DNA from: Octopus vulgaris
Taxonomy: Eukaryota
Length of the DNA: 64,000 nt
Assembly: GCA_951406725.2 (NCBI GenBank)
Contig: OX597827.1
Location: forward strand, 43,152,001 to 43,216,000
Direction of reading: 5' to 3'
Numbering within the stretch: position 1 is the first letter of the stretch; every line of letters begins with the position of its first letter. The notes under the pieces were generated by a model, which made no database searches, was not told where the DNA came from, and saw nothing but the letters and a program-made list of their open reading frames with translations. The position numbers were made by a program, and so were the translations under genes. Shown here in pieces: positions 11,476 to 25,560 of the stretch.

Positions 11476-11866
11476 TTGAAACAGCACTGAGGAGACAAGT
11501 TATAATGCAATCAAAGATAAAGTGCAAACATTGAAGCTTAAACAAGTCCAACAGCTCCTAAATGAAGACCGTGTAGGCATGAAAGGGTTACTGTAAATAA
11601 ACGATTTGCGGTGAAATGATTAATAGACGAAGCGTAGAAAGAAAACTCCCCGGCATTTGCATGCGTATGTACACACGTGTATGTATGCACGTACTGAACA
11701 GGTGTGAGTGTGTGTGTGTGTGTGTGTTTTCAAATCTGGATTACAGGCCCCTATCAAGCAAGCTTTCCTCTTTTAATCCGTGTGTGGCTAATAGTACACG
11801 GGAATGGGTGGAAAGCAAAAACAAGTGCACCGAGCATTTTGCTTGCAGCAAGATGAAACAAGCCCA

Positions 11867-11914
<48 letters not shown>

Positions 11915-12370
11915 ATATATCCATGGGCGCTTGTGTGTGTGTGTGTGGGCTCCTGTTTCAGTCTGTCATGTTTATAGTTTTGTATTTTGCCTGTACCCTT
12001 AATTTCCAATTCTATAAACAAACCTTCTTTCATGGCTTCGTTTTGTCCATAAAATATGGCAATATATTCGATATACTTTTAGGTGCACACACAGACACAC
12101 ACACACACGAGTGCGCACATGCTCACACACACATGCGCACAGGCTGAGAGAGGCAGCTACGAGTGCACATATACATAACCACATTGAATATATTTGCAAA
12201 TGTATATGGATATATATATATATAGATACATGTGTGTATAAACACGCGCGGGCGCACACACACACACACACACACGAACACATGTAGTTCAACACATGTC
12301 ACGATGGAACATGAACATTAAATACTGACGTGTGTGTGTAATATATGTATGTATATCTATTGATATATAC

Positions 12371-12408
<38 letters not shown>

Positions 12409-12493
12409 ATATAAAGTACCTCTATCTCTTCTTCTCTTCTCTCTCTCTCTCTCCCTATATATATATTTATATATATATGTGTGTATATATGTA

Positions 12494-12532
<39 letters not shown>

Positions 12533-12571
12533 ATATAACATATTATATATATAATATATGTATGTGTATAT

Positions 12572-12609
<38 letters not shown>

Positions 12610-12670
12610 CATATATATATATATATATAAATATATGTATGTGTATATAATATATATATATAAATATATG

Positions 12671-12713
<43 letters not shown>

Positions 12714-13188
12714 ATGTATACAGAAAACTCTTGAGTGTGTGTGTGTGTGTGTGTATGGATTTCTGGTGCAGTTGTTGTTGGCCTGGGTATGGGGTGGCTG
12801 TTGTGTTCATGCGAAAGCTGAACAAGCTTAGCTAATGCATTTAAAACACTTTGATGGTAAACAAGCCGAATTGAGTGGTGAGGTGGTGGTGGTGGTGGCG
12901 GCTGCGGTGTTGTTGTTGTTGGTGGTGGTGGTGGTGGGCCGGTGGGAGGTGATCAGGCGAAGAAGGGGTGATGGTGGTGGAGGTGGTGGAGATGCAGATA
13001 TGTAGTGCTAGAGAACTGAGAGAGAAGTAGATTACTTAGAAATTGGATTATATATATGTGTTTGTGTGACTATATACATACATACATACATACATCTCTC
13101 TCTATATATATGATTTTATATATATATATATGTATATATCATTTTATATATATATATGATTATATATATATATATATATATATATATG

Positions 13189-13233
<45 letters not shown>

Positions 13234-13288
13234 GTATGATTTTATATAAGTGCATACATAGTTGTCTGTTACTCAGTGTATATTTGTC

Positions 13289-13326
<38 letters not shown>

Positions 13327-13764
13327 AATAAATAACATTTGTTCAGGGTTTATTTTCATATAATTATGTGTGTATAAACTGTAAAATGAGCGTATATGTA
13401 CATACACGCAGACGCATACTCACTGACACACATACGCAAACACACATACAAGGATAGATAGGTACATACATATATACATACATACATGCATACTTACATA
13501 TATGCATACTTACATACATATATATATATATAAATGCACACCCATACATACATATGTGAATGTGTGCGTCCCCACACCCGCCGTACATGTGTGTAAATAT
13601 AGCCTTATTTTTGTAATTGATTTAATATTTGAGGATATGTTGAAAATTGTGTTGGCATGTGTGTGTATACGTGTGTTTGTGTATGTGTGTTGCATGTGTC
13701 TGTGTATATCTACGTCCCTTGCACTTATGCATTTTAAGTAAAGGGGTCTAACAGCTGATGTTCA

Positions 13765-13928
<164 letters not shown>

Positions 13929-14063
13929 TAGATACACATACGTGTGTGTGTGTGTGTGTGTGTGTGCATGTGTGTATATAATGTGTTACATGTTACACTG
14001 AAATATCACATGTTTACGTTAGACTAATGTTCATATACATACTGTGTATAAATAATTCTATGA

Positions 14064-14097
<34 letters not shown>

Positions 14098-14725
14098 ATG
14101 TACATACATACACACACCTGTGTGTATATATATACATACATGTATATATATGCACATGTATGTGTAAATAAATATATCTTTGTGTATGTATATATATATA
14201 TTTATATATATATATATACATACATACATATATATATATATATGTATGTATATATATATATTGGCACATATTTTTATATATGTATGTACATCCTTGCATA
14301 GATATCTATGTATACACACACACACAAATTTACATATATATACACACATACATACAGGCATACATACATATACACGCATGTACAGACATACATACATATA
14401 CATGCATACACATGCACACACACACACACACACACTCACATACTCACACTGCTGTTTGTTTATTCCTAATAATGCGAAAGCATTTTATATAGCTACTTTT
14501 TGCTTCCCTTTTTCTTTTTCTTTCTTTTTTTTTTATCTAAACTGTTTTCAGTCAGGAAGACGAAGAACCTGTAGCATTTTATCTATAGCATGCAAATTTT
14601 TACCGGAAATAATAACTGTTTTCATACCATTTATATCCACACTGGCGTTTTAGACTTTCAGCTGCAACAGATTTCTGATGTCTTACGAATTCTGAAGTGT
14701 CAAAAATGTTTGCAGTTGTATACCA

Positions 14726-14782
<57 letters not shown>

Positions 14783-14996
14783 TCATGCATATATAAATAG
14801 ATAGATAGATAGATAGATATATAGATATATAGATAGATAGAATGATAGAATGATAGATAGAAGGAGATAACAACAGGTGTCTTTCGACTAAGGGCAAATT
14901 AAATTAAGCTGGTGTGTGTGGAAATAAAGCCTTACAGCAGGGATACAAGATTTCACAGGCACAAGAAGGAATATTGATGTTGCATGGACAGCAGCC

Positions 14997-15041
<45 letters not shown>

Positions 15042-15517
15042 AGTTTACTGTTCTGTGATGGTAAGATACTCCATCTGCTGAGAGATAAATATTATTATTC
15101 AATAAATACAATATGTATTTTTATGAGCTGCTAATAATTTCATGTGATAAAATCATCTCGGGCAGTAGTTTTGGGGAGATCATTTTATACACACATACAC
15201 ACACAGTGTTCTAATTGGCCTCAGTGACAGCAGTACCAGCTCTGTTTCTCCGCTGTGACTGAGTGGTCTGAGTGTTTAAACAGTCCCAGGATGGCACGTT
15301 TGTTTGTACAGAGGAGAAGGCAGCAATTTACAAGAACAGTTGATTTGGCTACTGATTGTTTGAGTGTGTCTGGGACTTTATTGATCTCTGCGTGTCAAGC
15401 TACTAAGTTATGGGACTTGTAGGAACAGTAACATAGATTAGATCAGTTTTTTTTTTTTGTATTTACTGTAAACATAAACACGGATACAGTGAAACAGACT
15501 AGCAGATTGTCTTACAC

Positions 15518-15548
<31 letters not shown>

Positions 15549-16066
15549 TATACATACATACACACACACACACACTCAAATGGCTTCTGAACAGCTGTGT
15601 TAGCAAATTTCTATTCACCAGGAAGTGGTCAGCCTTTGTTTGTTCTGGAAGGCATCTGCCCAAGACGTCATGTACTGAGATCAAACCTGCAACTGTGCAA
15701 TTGTGAATTCAGCTTCTTAACCATGCTGCTGTGCCTGCACTTTGCACATTATCTACGAGCACATACACACACGCATGTATACACACGCATATACAGACGT
15801 GTTCATGCAAACACACACATACGTACACATTTAACGTGTGAGTTTCTCTCACGTACAAACTGTAAAACTCTGCTGCCTTTCTTGTAATTTCGTTCTTATC
15901 ATCTTCTTGGATGAGGGCTCTGTTCTAAGCGTTGGATCTTCCATTCCTTACAGCAAATTCAATGTTTCACTGTACTCTTTCTGTAGATTCACACACATGC
16001 ACACACACACACACAAAATTTATTTATATATCTACACATATATATGTACATATGTATGTGTGTGTG

Positions 16067-16116
<50 letters not shown>

Positions 16117-16234
16117 TATATATACATACATACACGCACACACAAACTTATATATACATATACACAGTTATATATATGTATACATATATACATATATGTA
16201 TACATATATACATATATATATGTATATGTACATA

Positions 16235-16366
<132 letters not shown>

Positions 16367-16611
16367 CATATATATATAAACATATATATGTATATATATA
16401 TATAAACATATATATATATAAACATATATATATATCCAATTCATATTCCCCTTTTGCCTTCTGCAGTTCTCTTTCCGTGTTACTACAATGTGATGTTATT
16501 AATCTGCTGTTCCTGCTGCTGTTGTTGTTGTTGTCCCATGAAATGGTTCCCTTTATCATGTGTAGTAATAAACACAACACCTACGCATCACACACACACA
16601 CACACTCACAC

Positions 16612-16663
16612 AGGTATTGATATATACACATACACATGCAAATCGATGCACACACACACACAT

Positions 16664-16697
<34 letters not shown>

Positions 16698-16800
16698 GCA
16701 TGCAAGTGCCGAGGTATTAATATATACACATACATGTGCAAATCGACACACACACACATACACACACACATATATATATATATAGGCATGCAAGTGCCGA
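16612..16800. repeat. ~90-100-bp tandem duplication
   Basis: AGGTATT(G/A)ATATATACACATAC...TGCAAATCGA...GCATGCAAGTGCCGA occurs twice. Confidence 0.85.
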
Positions 16801-17407
16801 TGTGCATTTTATGTGCTTCTGTGTGTGTGTGTGTGTGTGCGTGCTTCTGCAGGTGTAAATTGCATTTAGTGTGTTGCTAAACCTGTTTCCTTTCTTCTAC
16901 AGGCAATTAAAGCATTTCCATTTCGTTGGAGATTTTGGGGTTTTTGATGTGGATGTTGTTGTTGTTGTCACTGATGCTGTTGCTTCTTTTGTTGTCGAAG
17001 GTGGTGGTGGTGACGGCGGTGGTGGCGGCGGCAGTGGTGATGGTGCTTTTGGCGGTGATGAAGTGGATTGTTAACGCTGGATGCTGCCGCTAAAGTTTCA
17101 TAGGATGATGATATATACTTTATTGGGTTTCAGGATCAACGCCTCTACCTTCACCACAACCACCGCCACCACCACCACCACCACCACTACCACCCCACGC
17201 TCCAGTTTCACTCTAGCCCCCACTCCCCGCCCGCCCCCACCTTCCTCGCCTCACCTACATTTCCAAATGCCTTCTTCAACCCACCCCACCCCTCCGTTTC
17301 CTCATTCCCAACCCATCCATTCCCAGGTGGAAGATGAAATGTTTATGGGTATACACATATTTGTGTATATACACACGTGTGCATATATCCATGTTTTTTA
17401 ATTTATC

Positions 17408-17439
<32 letters not shown>

Positions 17440-17539
17440 ACTACCTATCTATCTATATACACACACATATCACAGCTCTTTATCAGCTTTCAAGCTGCAT
17501 AAGTGACTCAAGATCCTAGAGTTTCTTACATTGACGCCA

Positions 17540-17584
<45 letters not shown>

Positions 17585-17590
17585 CATACT

Positions 17591-17644
<54 letters not shown>

Positions 17645-17696
17645 CATATATATTTATATATATTTGTATATATATGTATGTGTATATATATGTCTA

Positions 17697-17746
<50 letters not shown>

Positions 17747-17765
17747 AACATATATATATATATAC

Positions 17766-17807
<42 letters not shown>

Positions 17808-17939
17808 GTATATATATATGCATATATATATATATATATATATGTACCTGTGTGTAGATTGATAGATAGTGTCTATAAATGGAACGTTTTATGTATACAA
17901 CTATACGTGTACACACTGTTACACAAATATATTCAAATT

Positions 17940-18810
17940 TTATCCCCCTTCTTGTCTTGCTCTCCTATTCTATCTTATCTCGCTCCGCTATCATTTGTCT
18001 CTTTTTCTGCCCTCATCTCTCTCTTCCTCTCTTTTGGTTTCCCTTGTGTTCTCTCTCTCTTTTTCTCCCTCTCCCTCTCTTCGTCTCCCTTTCATTTATT
18101 CCATGCTCTCTTTATCACCTGTGTCTCTGTTTCGCATCCGTTTTCTATCCCTCGTTGTTCCTTTCATATCTTTTCCTCTCTCCGTTGCAAGTTTATTTCG
18201 ACAGTTCTTCACTTACTTTCTCTCTCTTCCTCTTTGTTATCTTACATCTCTCTCTCTCTCTCTCTCTCTCTCCATCTCTATCCATTTATCTATCTACCTA
18301 TCTGTCTGTTTATCTAACATTCTACATCTCTCTCTTTCTCTATCTATCCATCTATCCCTCTCTCTCTCTCTCTTCTATCTATCCATCCATCCATCCATCC
18401 ATCCATCCATCCATCTGTCTATCTATCTATCTATCTATCTATCTGTCTATCAATTAATCTCTCTCTCCCTCTCTATCTATCTATCTATCTATCTATCTGT
18501 CATTATAATACATCTCTCTTTCTCTCGCTTTCTATGTATCTATTATTTAACATCTCTCTCTCTCTTTCTCACTCTCTCTCTCCCCGCTTATCTGCTTTTC
18601 TTCTCTCTTTCTCTCTTTCAGCTCATATTTTTTCCCTCCCTCTCTTTTTCTCCCCCTATTTTCCAAATTTTCCGATGCTCCCTCCCCCGCAGCCCACCCC
18701 CCACCTTTATCCAACTCATCAGTTGTTATTGAATACTCATCTCGGCACGCTCTCCCCACCGCCCTCTCCCTCTCCCCCTTTGTCTCTATCTCCTCCCCTC
18801 TCCCTCTCTC
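17940..18810. repeat. Long polypyrimidine low-complexity tract with (CT)n, (ATCT)n and (ATCC)n
   Basis: Directly visible; similar tracts at 26280-26930, 37080-37730, 60130-60830 and (CTTT)n at 61141-61265. Confidence 0.85.
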
Positions 18811-19857
18811 TGTACAATCACAGTTTCAATGCAACCACCATCACCACCACTTCCACCACCACCACCACTAATTTCTGCACTTTTTCCAACAACAACAACA
18901 ACAACAACAACACTCAACCAACCAAATACTATTATCCTTATGAACTGGCTGAGATGATGATGACAAAGATGATGCTGATGATGATTATGATGATGATGAC
19001 GATGATGATGATGGTGATGAAGTGTTATTTATAGTGTTTCAGTGAAGTGGGGTGGGGGTGGGGGGAGAGGCTGGATTGGAAACAGATGATTAGTTGAGGT
19101 ATAGCAAGCACCATCATCATACACACACGCTGTTTACGTGTATATGTGTATATGTATGTGTATACATGTATGTATGTATGTATGTATGTATTCCCTAGCA
19201 AAGAATTTGGTTTTCACCCACACCCTTTCCTTCCACACACTCGCATTTAGGCTTTCCCCGTCCCCCTAACCCACCCCCCATTTCTCTTTCTCTCTGTCCT
19301 ACCTGCCTTGTCCTCCTTTTAGATTACCTTTCAAACACACACACACACACATGCGCATACTGGAATACACACACACACACGTACACATACTGGAATATGG
19401 ACATACATACACACACTCACACATAGATGTACTGGGATATGCACACATACACTCACACAGAGATATATGCATACCTGCGTGCTCACATACATACGCACAC
19501 ACAATCTTGAATATGCACATATACACACACACATACACTCGCACACAAATATATGCATACCTGCATGCACACATACATACACATACACGTACAGGAATAT
19601 GCACACATACACACACTGGCATTTGTACACATACACTCACAGATATATGCACAATCACACACACATACATACTAGCATTTGTATACACACACTCACATAC
19701 AGGTATACTGTATAACACACACGCTGATATGTGCATATGCACACATACCACTGCACTGTTGCAGATATGCTGAGCCATACAAGAAAAATATCTATCAAGC
19801 ACCCATTCCTTGCTCATGTCATCCCACCACTGTCCTTCGTTTCTCTTTCTCTCTTTC

Positions 19858-19891
<34 letters not shown>

Positions 19892-20569
19892 ACACACACA
19901 TGGTTGCATACAAGAGATCCCTTCCACATGCACACATACACAGCCACATCACAAACATACACACACACAGAGCAACTACACGCACACACAGTCACGCACT
20001 AGCTGTAATTATTTTGCAGCAGTGCAACTACTACAGCTGCTGCTGCCGCTTCCATTGCGACTACCATGAATACCAGTAATACTTTATAGCCTCTACCACC
20101 ATGACCACCACCACCACCACCGCTATCACCACCACTACTCCTAGTTCTGCTATTACCATATATTTACTACATCTGTGACCACCACTACTGCAAACACTAT
20201 CACCACCACTACTGCTAATACTACTACTACTTCTATTACTGCTGCTGCTACTACTACAACTACCACTACTACTACTACTTATACCACTACCTAGCGCAGT
20301 TGCTCAGGTAAACTATGCTCTTCCAAGTGGTGGTGGTGGTGGTGGTTGTAGGGAAAACGAGTTAGGCGACTGGGGTGGTGGGTGGGATGCGACAGCGACG
20401 TGCAGTTGAGTGGGTTTTCGATTTTCACCTCCCTCCCAGCCCTGTTCCCCCCCTTCCTCCCCCAGATCTCTCCCCCCACCCTTCGTCCCCCCTCCATGTA
20501 CTTCCATTGTACCATGCTGTACTCGGATTCCCAATCCCATCTCTCAATACTCAATATTCTTCTATTCCT

Positions 20570-20734
20570 CCTCCATCTTCTTCTTCTTCTTCTTTTTCTT
20601 CTTCTTCTTCTTCTTCTTCTTCTTCTCTAATTATTATTATTGTTATTATTATCATTATTATTATCATCATCATCATCATCATTATTATTATTATTATTAT
20701 TATTATTGTTATTGTTATTATTATCATTATTATT

Positions 20735-20766
<32 letters not shown>

Positions 20767-20811
20767 TATTATTATTATTATTATTATTATTTTATTATTA
20801 TTATTATTATT

Positions 20812-20852
<41 letters not shown>

Positions 20853-20885
20853 TATTATTATTATTTTATTATTATTATTATTATT

Positions 20886-20935
<50 letters not shown>

Positions 20936-21365
20936 TATTATTATTATTTTATTATTATTATTATTATTATCATCATCATCATCGTTCTACTCTGCGATGC
21001 TATAATATATCTCGATACACCTTTGCCACGCTGTTGCTGGTGCTCACTTTTATTTCTCGGTGCTATAACATTATACGCTGGCTTCCTCTACCGCCACCAC
21101 CACCACTACCAACAACAACAACAACCACGATTATCATTACCACCACTATCGCCATCACCACCACCACCACCATCTCATGCACCTAACCATCTGCTACAAC
21201 TACCAAACTCTCAACTATCCAATTCCATTGATTTTTGTTGTTGTTTTTGTGTCGTCGTCTTCTTCTTCTCCTTCTTCCTCTTCCTCTTCCTCTTCCGAAA
21301 TTCTTTGCTTCTTTTTCTTTGTCTATTTCCTTTTCTTCCTGCATTTACATCTCATGTACCACCAC

Positions 21366-21420
<55 letters not shown>

Positions 21421-21478
21421 TACCACTACGACTACTGCTACTCCTGCTGCCACCACCACTACTACTACAACTACTAAC
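20570..21478. repeat. ~900-bp compound trinucleotide array (TCT, TTA, TCA, CCA, CTA)
   Basis: Directly visible; it accounts for the 369-aa homopolymer ORF. Confidence 0.9.
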
Positions 21479-21489
21479 CAGTGAAGGAG

Positions 21490-21990
21490 CCGCAATGTGG
21501 TTGCTCGATTTTCTAGAAATAGCAACTAGATCTCCCTCAGATTACACCTTACTGTCTTACAAACAGGAGCAACACATGGGTTATGATGCCTGACGATGTA
21601 CCCTTTAGAAAACTCAAGATGGTTGTCTCTTGAATTTGGTCCATCATGGGTTGTGAGAGTCAGAACTGACTTGGGGGTCTGCTAGTACTTCTACTACTAA
21701 GCTGAAGCGGGTGATTTTTTTCAGTGGTCACTGGACCTGGTAGAAATAGCAGCCAAATCTTGATCATATCCCACTTTGTCGTCTTAGAATAAAAAGAAAA
21801 CTACATTGCGATTCGGATTGCACTATGATGCAAAAAGACAGGGTGGTCATGACTGGAATGCTTTTTGAGGATAGGTAGGTTTGCCTGATCAGCCCTGACT
21901 TGGGTGCTCCGACTTTGAGGTAGTGAGACGACTTGCTAGAAATAGCAGTGATGTCTCACTCATGTCATGCCTTCTCTCTGTTTTAGAGCA
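21490..21990 (+). mobile_element. Three tandem degenerate copies of unclassified repeat family E
   Basis: TAGAAATAGCA(G/A)C motif near 21514, 21741 and 21937; reverse copies near 25945, 45420 and 58845. Confidence 0.55.
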
Positions 21991-22458
21991 CAACACACAA
22001 AATAAAATAAGATGGTTCTGTTCGGGTTGGAATTATGGCGAGGAGGAAATACTGTGTTTAAGAATTGATGCTAACCAACTACAGCTACTACTTCTGGCTA
22101 CTACCGCTACACTATCACCTTTACTATATACAACCGCCACCACCACTACCACTACCACCACAACTACTACTTCTACTACCACCAGCATCCTACCATTTCA
22201 CAGCTCAACCGTCTTCCTTCTTCCTCTTCATCTCTGTCTTGTGCACTCCTTAACCAATAATTCTGTCTAGAGAAGAAGGTGTGAAAATCTAGACAATTCC
22301 ATGCCACCCTCCCCTCTGCTGTATTGCGGTTCCACCATATTCTCACCTTACCGAACTTTTGACTTTGTCTTTTGCGAACTCTCTTCAGTTTTTCTTCAGT
22401 TCATGTGTGTACATGTGTGTGTACACGTATATTATATATGCATACGTGTAAATACTTG

Positions 22459-22544
<86 letters not shown>

Positions 22545-22599
22545 TACACATACACACATACACACACAGAAGTCTGGTGAGAGAGAGTGACTCTGCCAA

Positions 22600-22737
22600 G
22601 TGAACCCAAAAGAGGGATCGCCTATTAAATTGACCATTACAATGATCAAAATAGCTCTTAATTATATGAAACCTGGGGAACCATGTGGACCATCAGAGGT
22701 AGTCACTGAAAAACCAAAGATATCTAGGTGTAGATGA
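22600..22737 (+). pseudogene. Decayed RTE-type LINE ORF2 fragment (region just upstream of the RT domain)
   Basis: [38 protein letters not shown] resembles the non-LTR 'V..AL..MK.GKA.GP..I..E.LK' motif. Confidence 0.6.
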
Positions 22738-22974
22738 ATGCAATAGCAGGTATATGTTGGTAGATGTTGTTAGTAAGGTGAGAGTTCAGCAGGGAATTTA
22801 GCCTGCATATGAATGTCTGTCAGGATGTTGTTTTGAGCCCCTTCCTATTTATCATTGTGCTCTAGGCCGTAACAAAGGCACTTAAGACCAGCTACCCATG
22901 GGAACTCCTGTGTTTTGATGATCAAGTTCTCACGGCTCTGTATTTTTCAAAAATTTGAGAGACAAATTTCCGAA

Positions 22975-23225
22975 TCACCATCATTTAACGTCGGTTGTCT
23001 ATGCTGGCATGGGTCGAATGGTTTGACCAGAGCTGGTGAGTTTGAGAGCTACACCAGACTCCAGTCTGATTTGGCGTGGTTTTTCTAGAGCTGGATGCCC
23101 TTCCTAATGCCAACCACTTCACAGAGTGTTCTGGGTGCTTTTACCTGGCACTGCTCGGGTGCCTTTGCATGGCACTACACAAGCTCTTCTATGTGGCACC
23201 ACCACGAGTGCTTTTACACCACCAG
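22975..23225 (-). mobile_element. Repeat family D
   Basis: CATCATTTAACGTC...TATGCTGGCATGGGT...GCTGGATGCCCTTCCTAATGCCAACCAC. Confidence 0.75.
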
Positions 23226-23461
23226 AGGGACCGGTCTTAACATTTCTGCTGCAGAGTACAGGTCTTCTTTAGTCGCAAAACCTAGGAAGAATTGAGGTTT
23301 TAAAATACCTCGTGAAGACAAAAGTCTTATTTAGCAGGAAACAAGACAAGGCTTTGCTGATATCTGGAAAGTGGCTTCGTTTTATAATATACAGCAAAAG
23401 AGTAATTAGGAATTCCATACGGTGTTCTTAATGTAAATTGTAGGTGAATAAGAGATGCAGT

Positions 23462-23778
23462 GTGAGGGCACGTAGCTTAGTGGTTAGGGCATTCGGCTCA
23501 TGATCGTAAGGTTGTGAGTTCGATTCCCGGCGACGCGTTGTGTCCTTGAGCAAGACACTTTATTTCACGTTGCTCCAGTCCACTCAGCTGGCAAAAATGA
23601 GTTGTACTTGTATTTCAAAGAGTCAGCCTTGTCACTCTGTGTCACGCTGATTATCCCCGAGAACTACGTTAAGGGTACACGTGTCTGTGGAATGCTCAGC
23701 CATTTGCACGTTAATTTCACGAGCAAGCTGTTCCGTTGATCGTATCAGCTGGGACCCTCGTCGTCGTAACCGGCGGAG
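23462..23778 (+). mobile_element. SINE family C, full length, best-preserved copy
   Basis: A-box TAGCTTAGTGG, B-box AGTTCGATTCC, core GTGTCCTTGAGCAAGACACTTTATTTCACGTTGCTCCAGTCCACTCAGCTG. Confidence 0.9.
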
Positions 23779-23852
23779 ACTTTTTTTAAAGAGATGCAGT
23801 AGTAAAACGACCATGCTGGAAGAGAAGGACTTTGTATGCTGCAGTTATGCTG

Positions 23853-24112
23853 AAGTAGCTGGCAGAATTGTTAGCATGCTGGACAAATTGCTTAACAGTA
23901 TTTTGCCCATCACCCAACCATTGCTTGACAACCGATGTTGGTGTGTTTATGTCCCCGTAACTTAGCAGTTCAGCAAAAGAGACCAATAGAATAGGTACTA
24001 GGCTTACAAAGAATAAGTGCTGGGATCGATTTGTTCGACTAAAGGCAGTGCTCCAGCATGGCCACAGTCAAATGACTGACTGAAACACGTAAAATGAGTA
24101 AAAAAACGTGTA
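23853..24112 (+). mobile_element. Family A head (to ~23905) fused to family B 3' half
   Basis: GCTGGCAGAATTGTTAGC head runs directly into GCTTGACAACCGATGTTGGTGTG...GACTGAAAC. Confidence 0.7.
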
Positions 24113-24442
24113 AAAGAGGATGTGTAATGTTTGTGTTCACGAAAGACGAGCCAGGAGTAGGTGCTAGGCCAAGGAGAAGGTTGCGCTGGTGTTGACATGT
24201 GATGGCATATTGAGGACAATGGGGATGGTGGTGGTGAAGGGGAAGAAGTGTCGAGTGATCCAAATGGAAGGAACTCGGGGCGGGGAGATGAGGTCCACCA
24301 AAGAAGACATACGAATAAGTGGTGAAGGTTGATTTCAGGGAGTTGGACAACGTTAAGGAGTTGAGAAAAGATGGCAACAGGCTGTACTTGTGAAGTTCTA
24401 TCCAACCCATGCAGGCATGGAAAACCTGATGCAAAAGCAGTA
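24113..24442 (+). pseudogene. Decayed RTE-clade LINE 3' end (ORF2 C-terminus plus 3' tail)
   Basis: RRRLRWC*HVM ... KKCRVIQMEGTRG ... GPPKKTYE*VVKVDFREL matches RTE 'RRLRWFGHV...GRPRKTW..V..DL'; tail CCAACCCATGCAGGCATGGAAAA. Confidence 0.8.
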
Positions 24443-24444
24443 AA

Positions 24445-24680
24445 AAAATCATAAAAAATAGGGGTTTTCATAGAAAAAAAGCACCTTTTTGATGTAAATA
24501 ATTTTTGGTGTTAACATGGTCCAATTTGAATTTTTTTCTTCTATTGAAGGTAGAGCAAGCCTTCTATCATACTCTCAATTTTGGTCAACTTGCGCCGCAG
24601 GGTCTCGGAGGAGATAGTGTTGAAGGTTACCAAACCTGCCATACACAGACAACTTCAGCTTTATATATATATATATATAT
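24445..24680 (-). mobile_element. Helitron/Helentron-like non-autonomous element, 5' part
   Basis: Minus strand begins ATATATATAAAGCTGAAGTTGTCTGTGT, the TATATAAA...GTCTGT start typical of non-autonomous Helitron/HINE elements; no 3' end seen. Confidence 0.5.
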
Positions 24681-25489
24681 CCATATATATATATGGATGT
24701 GTATATATTATGTATATCTAAATGTTGTGACTACATGCCTATATATATATACATACAGAAATATATACATTATTCATACATATATATAAATGGATACGTA
24801 CATACATTTACACATAGACGCAAGTACACATATACACATGCACATCAATATTCCTTCACTGTTAATTTTCAATATTTCTGAATGTCACACTGAATGTATA
24901 AATGATATATTCATTTGTAATAATTAGCTTGGGGTTGTTGTTGTTGTTGTTGCTGCTGTTATTGTTGTCATGATGGTTGTTGTTCTTGTTGCCGTTGTTG
25001 TTGTTGTCGTCGTCATCGTCGTTGTTTCGCGTTCATTCATTATAAATTAAATTGAAACTCCATTGGCTGCTCAGAACTCGTTGTTATCTTTCATATTGAT
25101 TTTGCCCCAAAGCTAAAGAGTACAAAAGCAAATTGTGATGGTGTGTCTGTACATGTGTGCGTGTGTGTGTGTACTTGGGCGTGCGTATATATATGTGGCA
25201 TGGCACACATACAGATAAGCACACACATATATATATATTAGAAGCCGACAAGTGCCTAAACCTTATTGGGTTACTGGTTCAGTGCACCGAAACATTTTTT
25301 TTTTTTGTTTTTTTTTTTTTGTCTACGTATAAGGTCGTCAAAGACATCAGTTTGTGCATGATACAAAGGCATCATCAATTTGCCGAGAGCAAGAACTGGT
25401 TTTCTTCTTCGTCATCGTTATTGTCATCTTCATCACCGTTGCCATCATCATCACCACCACCACCACCACCACAGCCATCATCATCACCA

Positions 25490-25526
<37 letters not shown>

Positions 25527-25560
25527 GCCAACAATTGTTGCTTAGCTTCGAGTCTGCCGT

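Noticed and set aside
11762-11817. 56-nt hairpin GCTTTCC...GGAAAGC
   Set aside because: The middle is poorly paired and there is no basal stem; within chance expectation.
16903-17074. Possible coding exon after a strong acceptor at 16902
   Set aside because: Frames stop early or run into low-complexity Val/Gly repeats, with no recognisable homology.
19048-19070. G-rich run as a G-quadruplex
   Set aside because: Only three separate G-runs of three or more.
20375-21484. Longest ORF (369 aa) and the many other homopolymer or dipeptide ORFs (YI, HT, CV, SL repeats)
   Set aside because: They are read-throughs of stop-free microsatellites, with no domain content and no exon context.
23462-23540. 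tRNA gene (A and B boxes present)
   Set aside because: No complete cloverleaf; it continues into a multicopy SINE core. The same applies to the other SINE heads.
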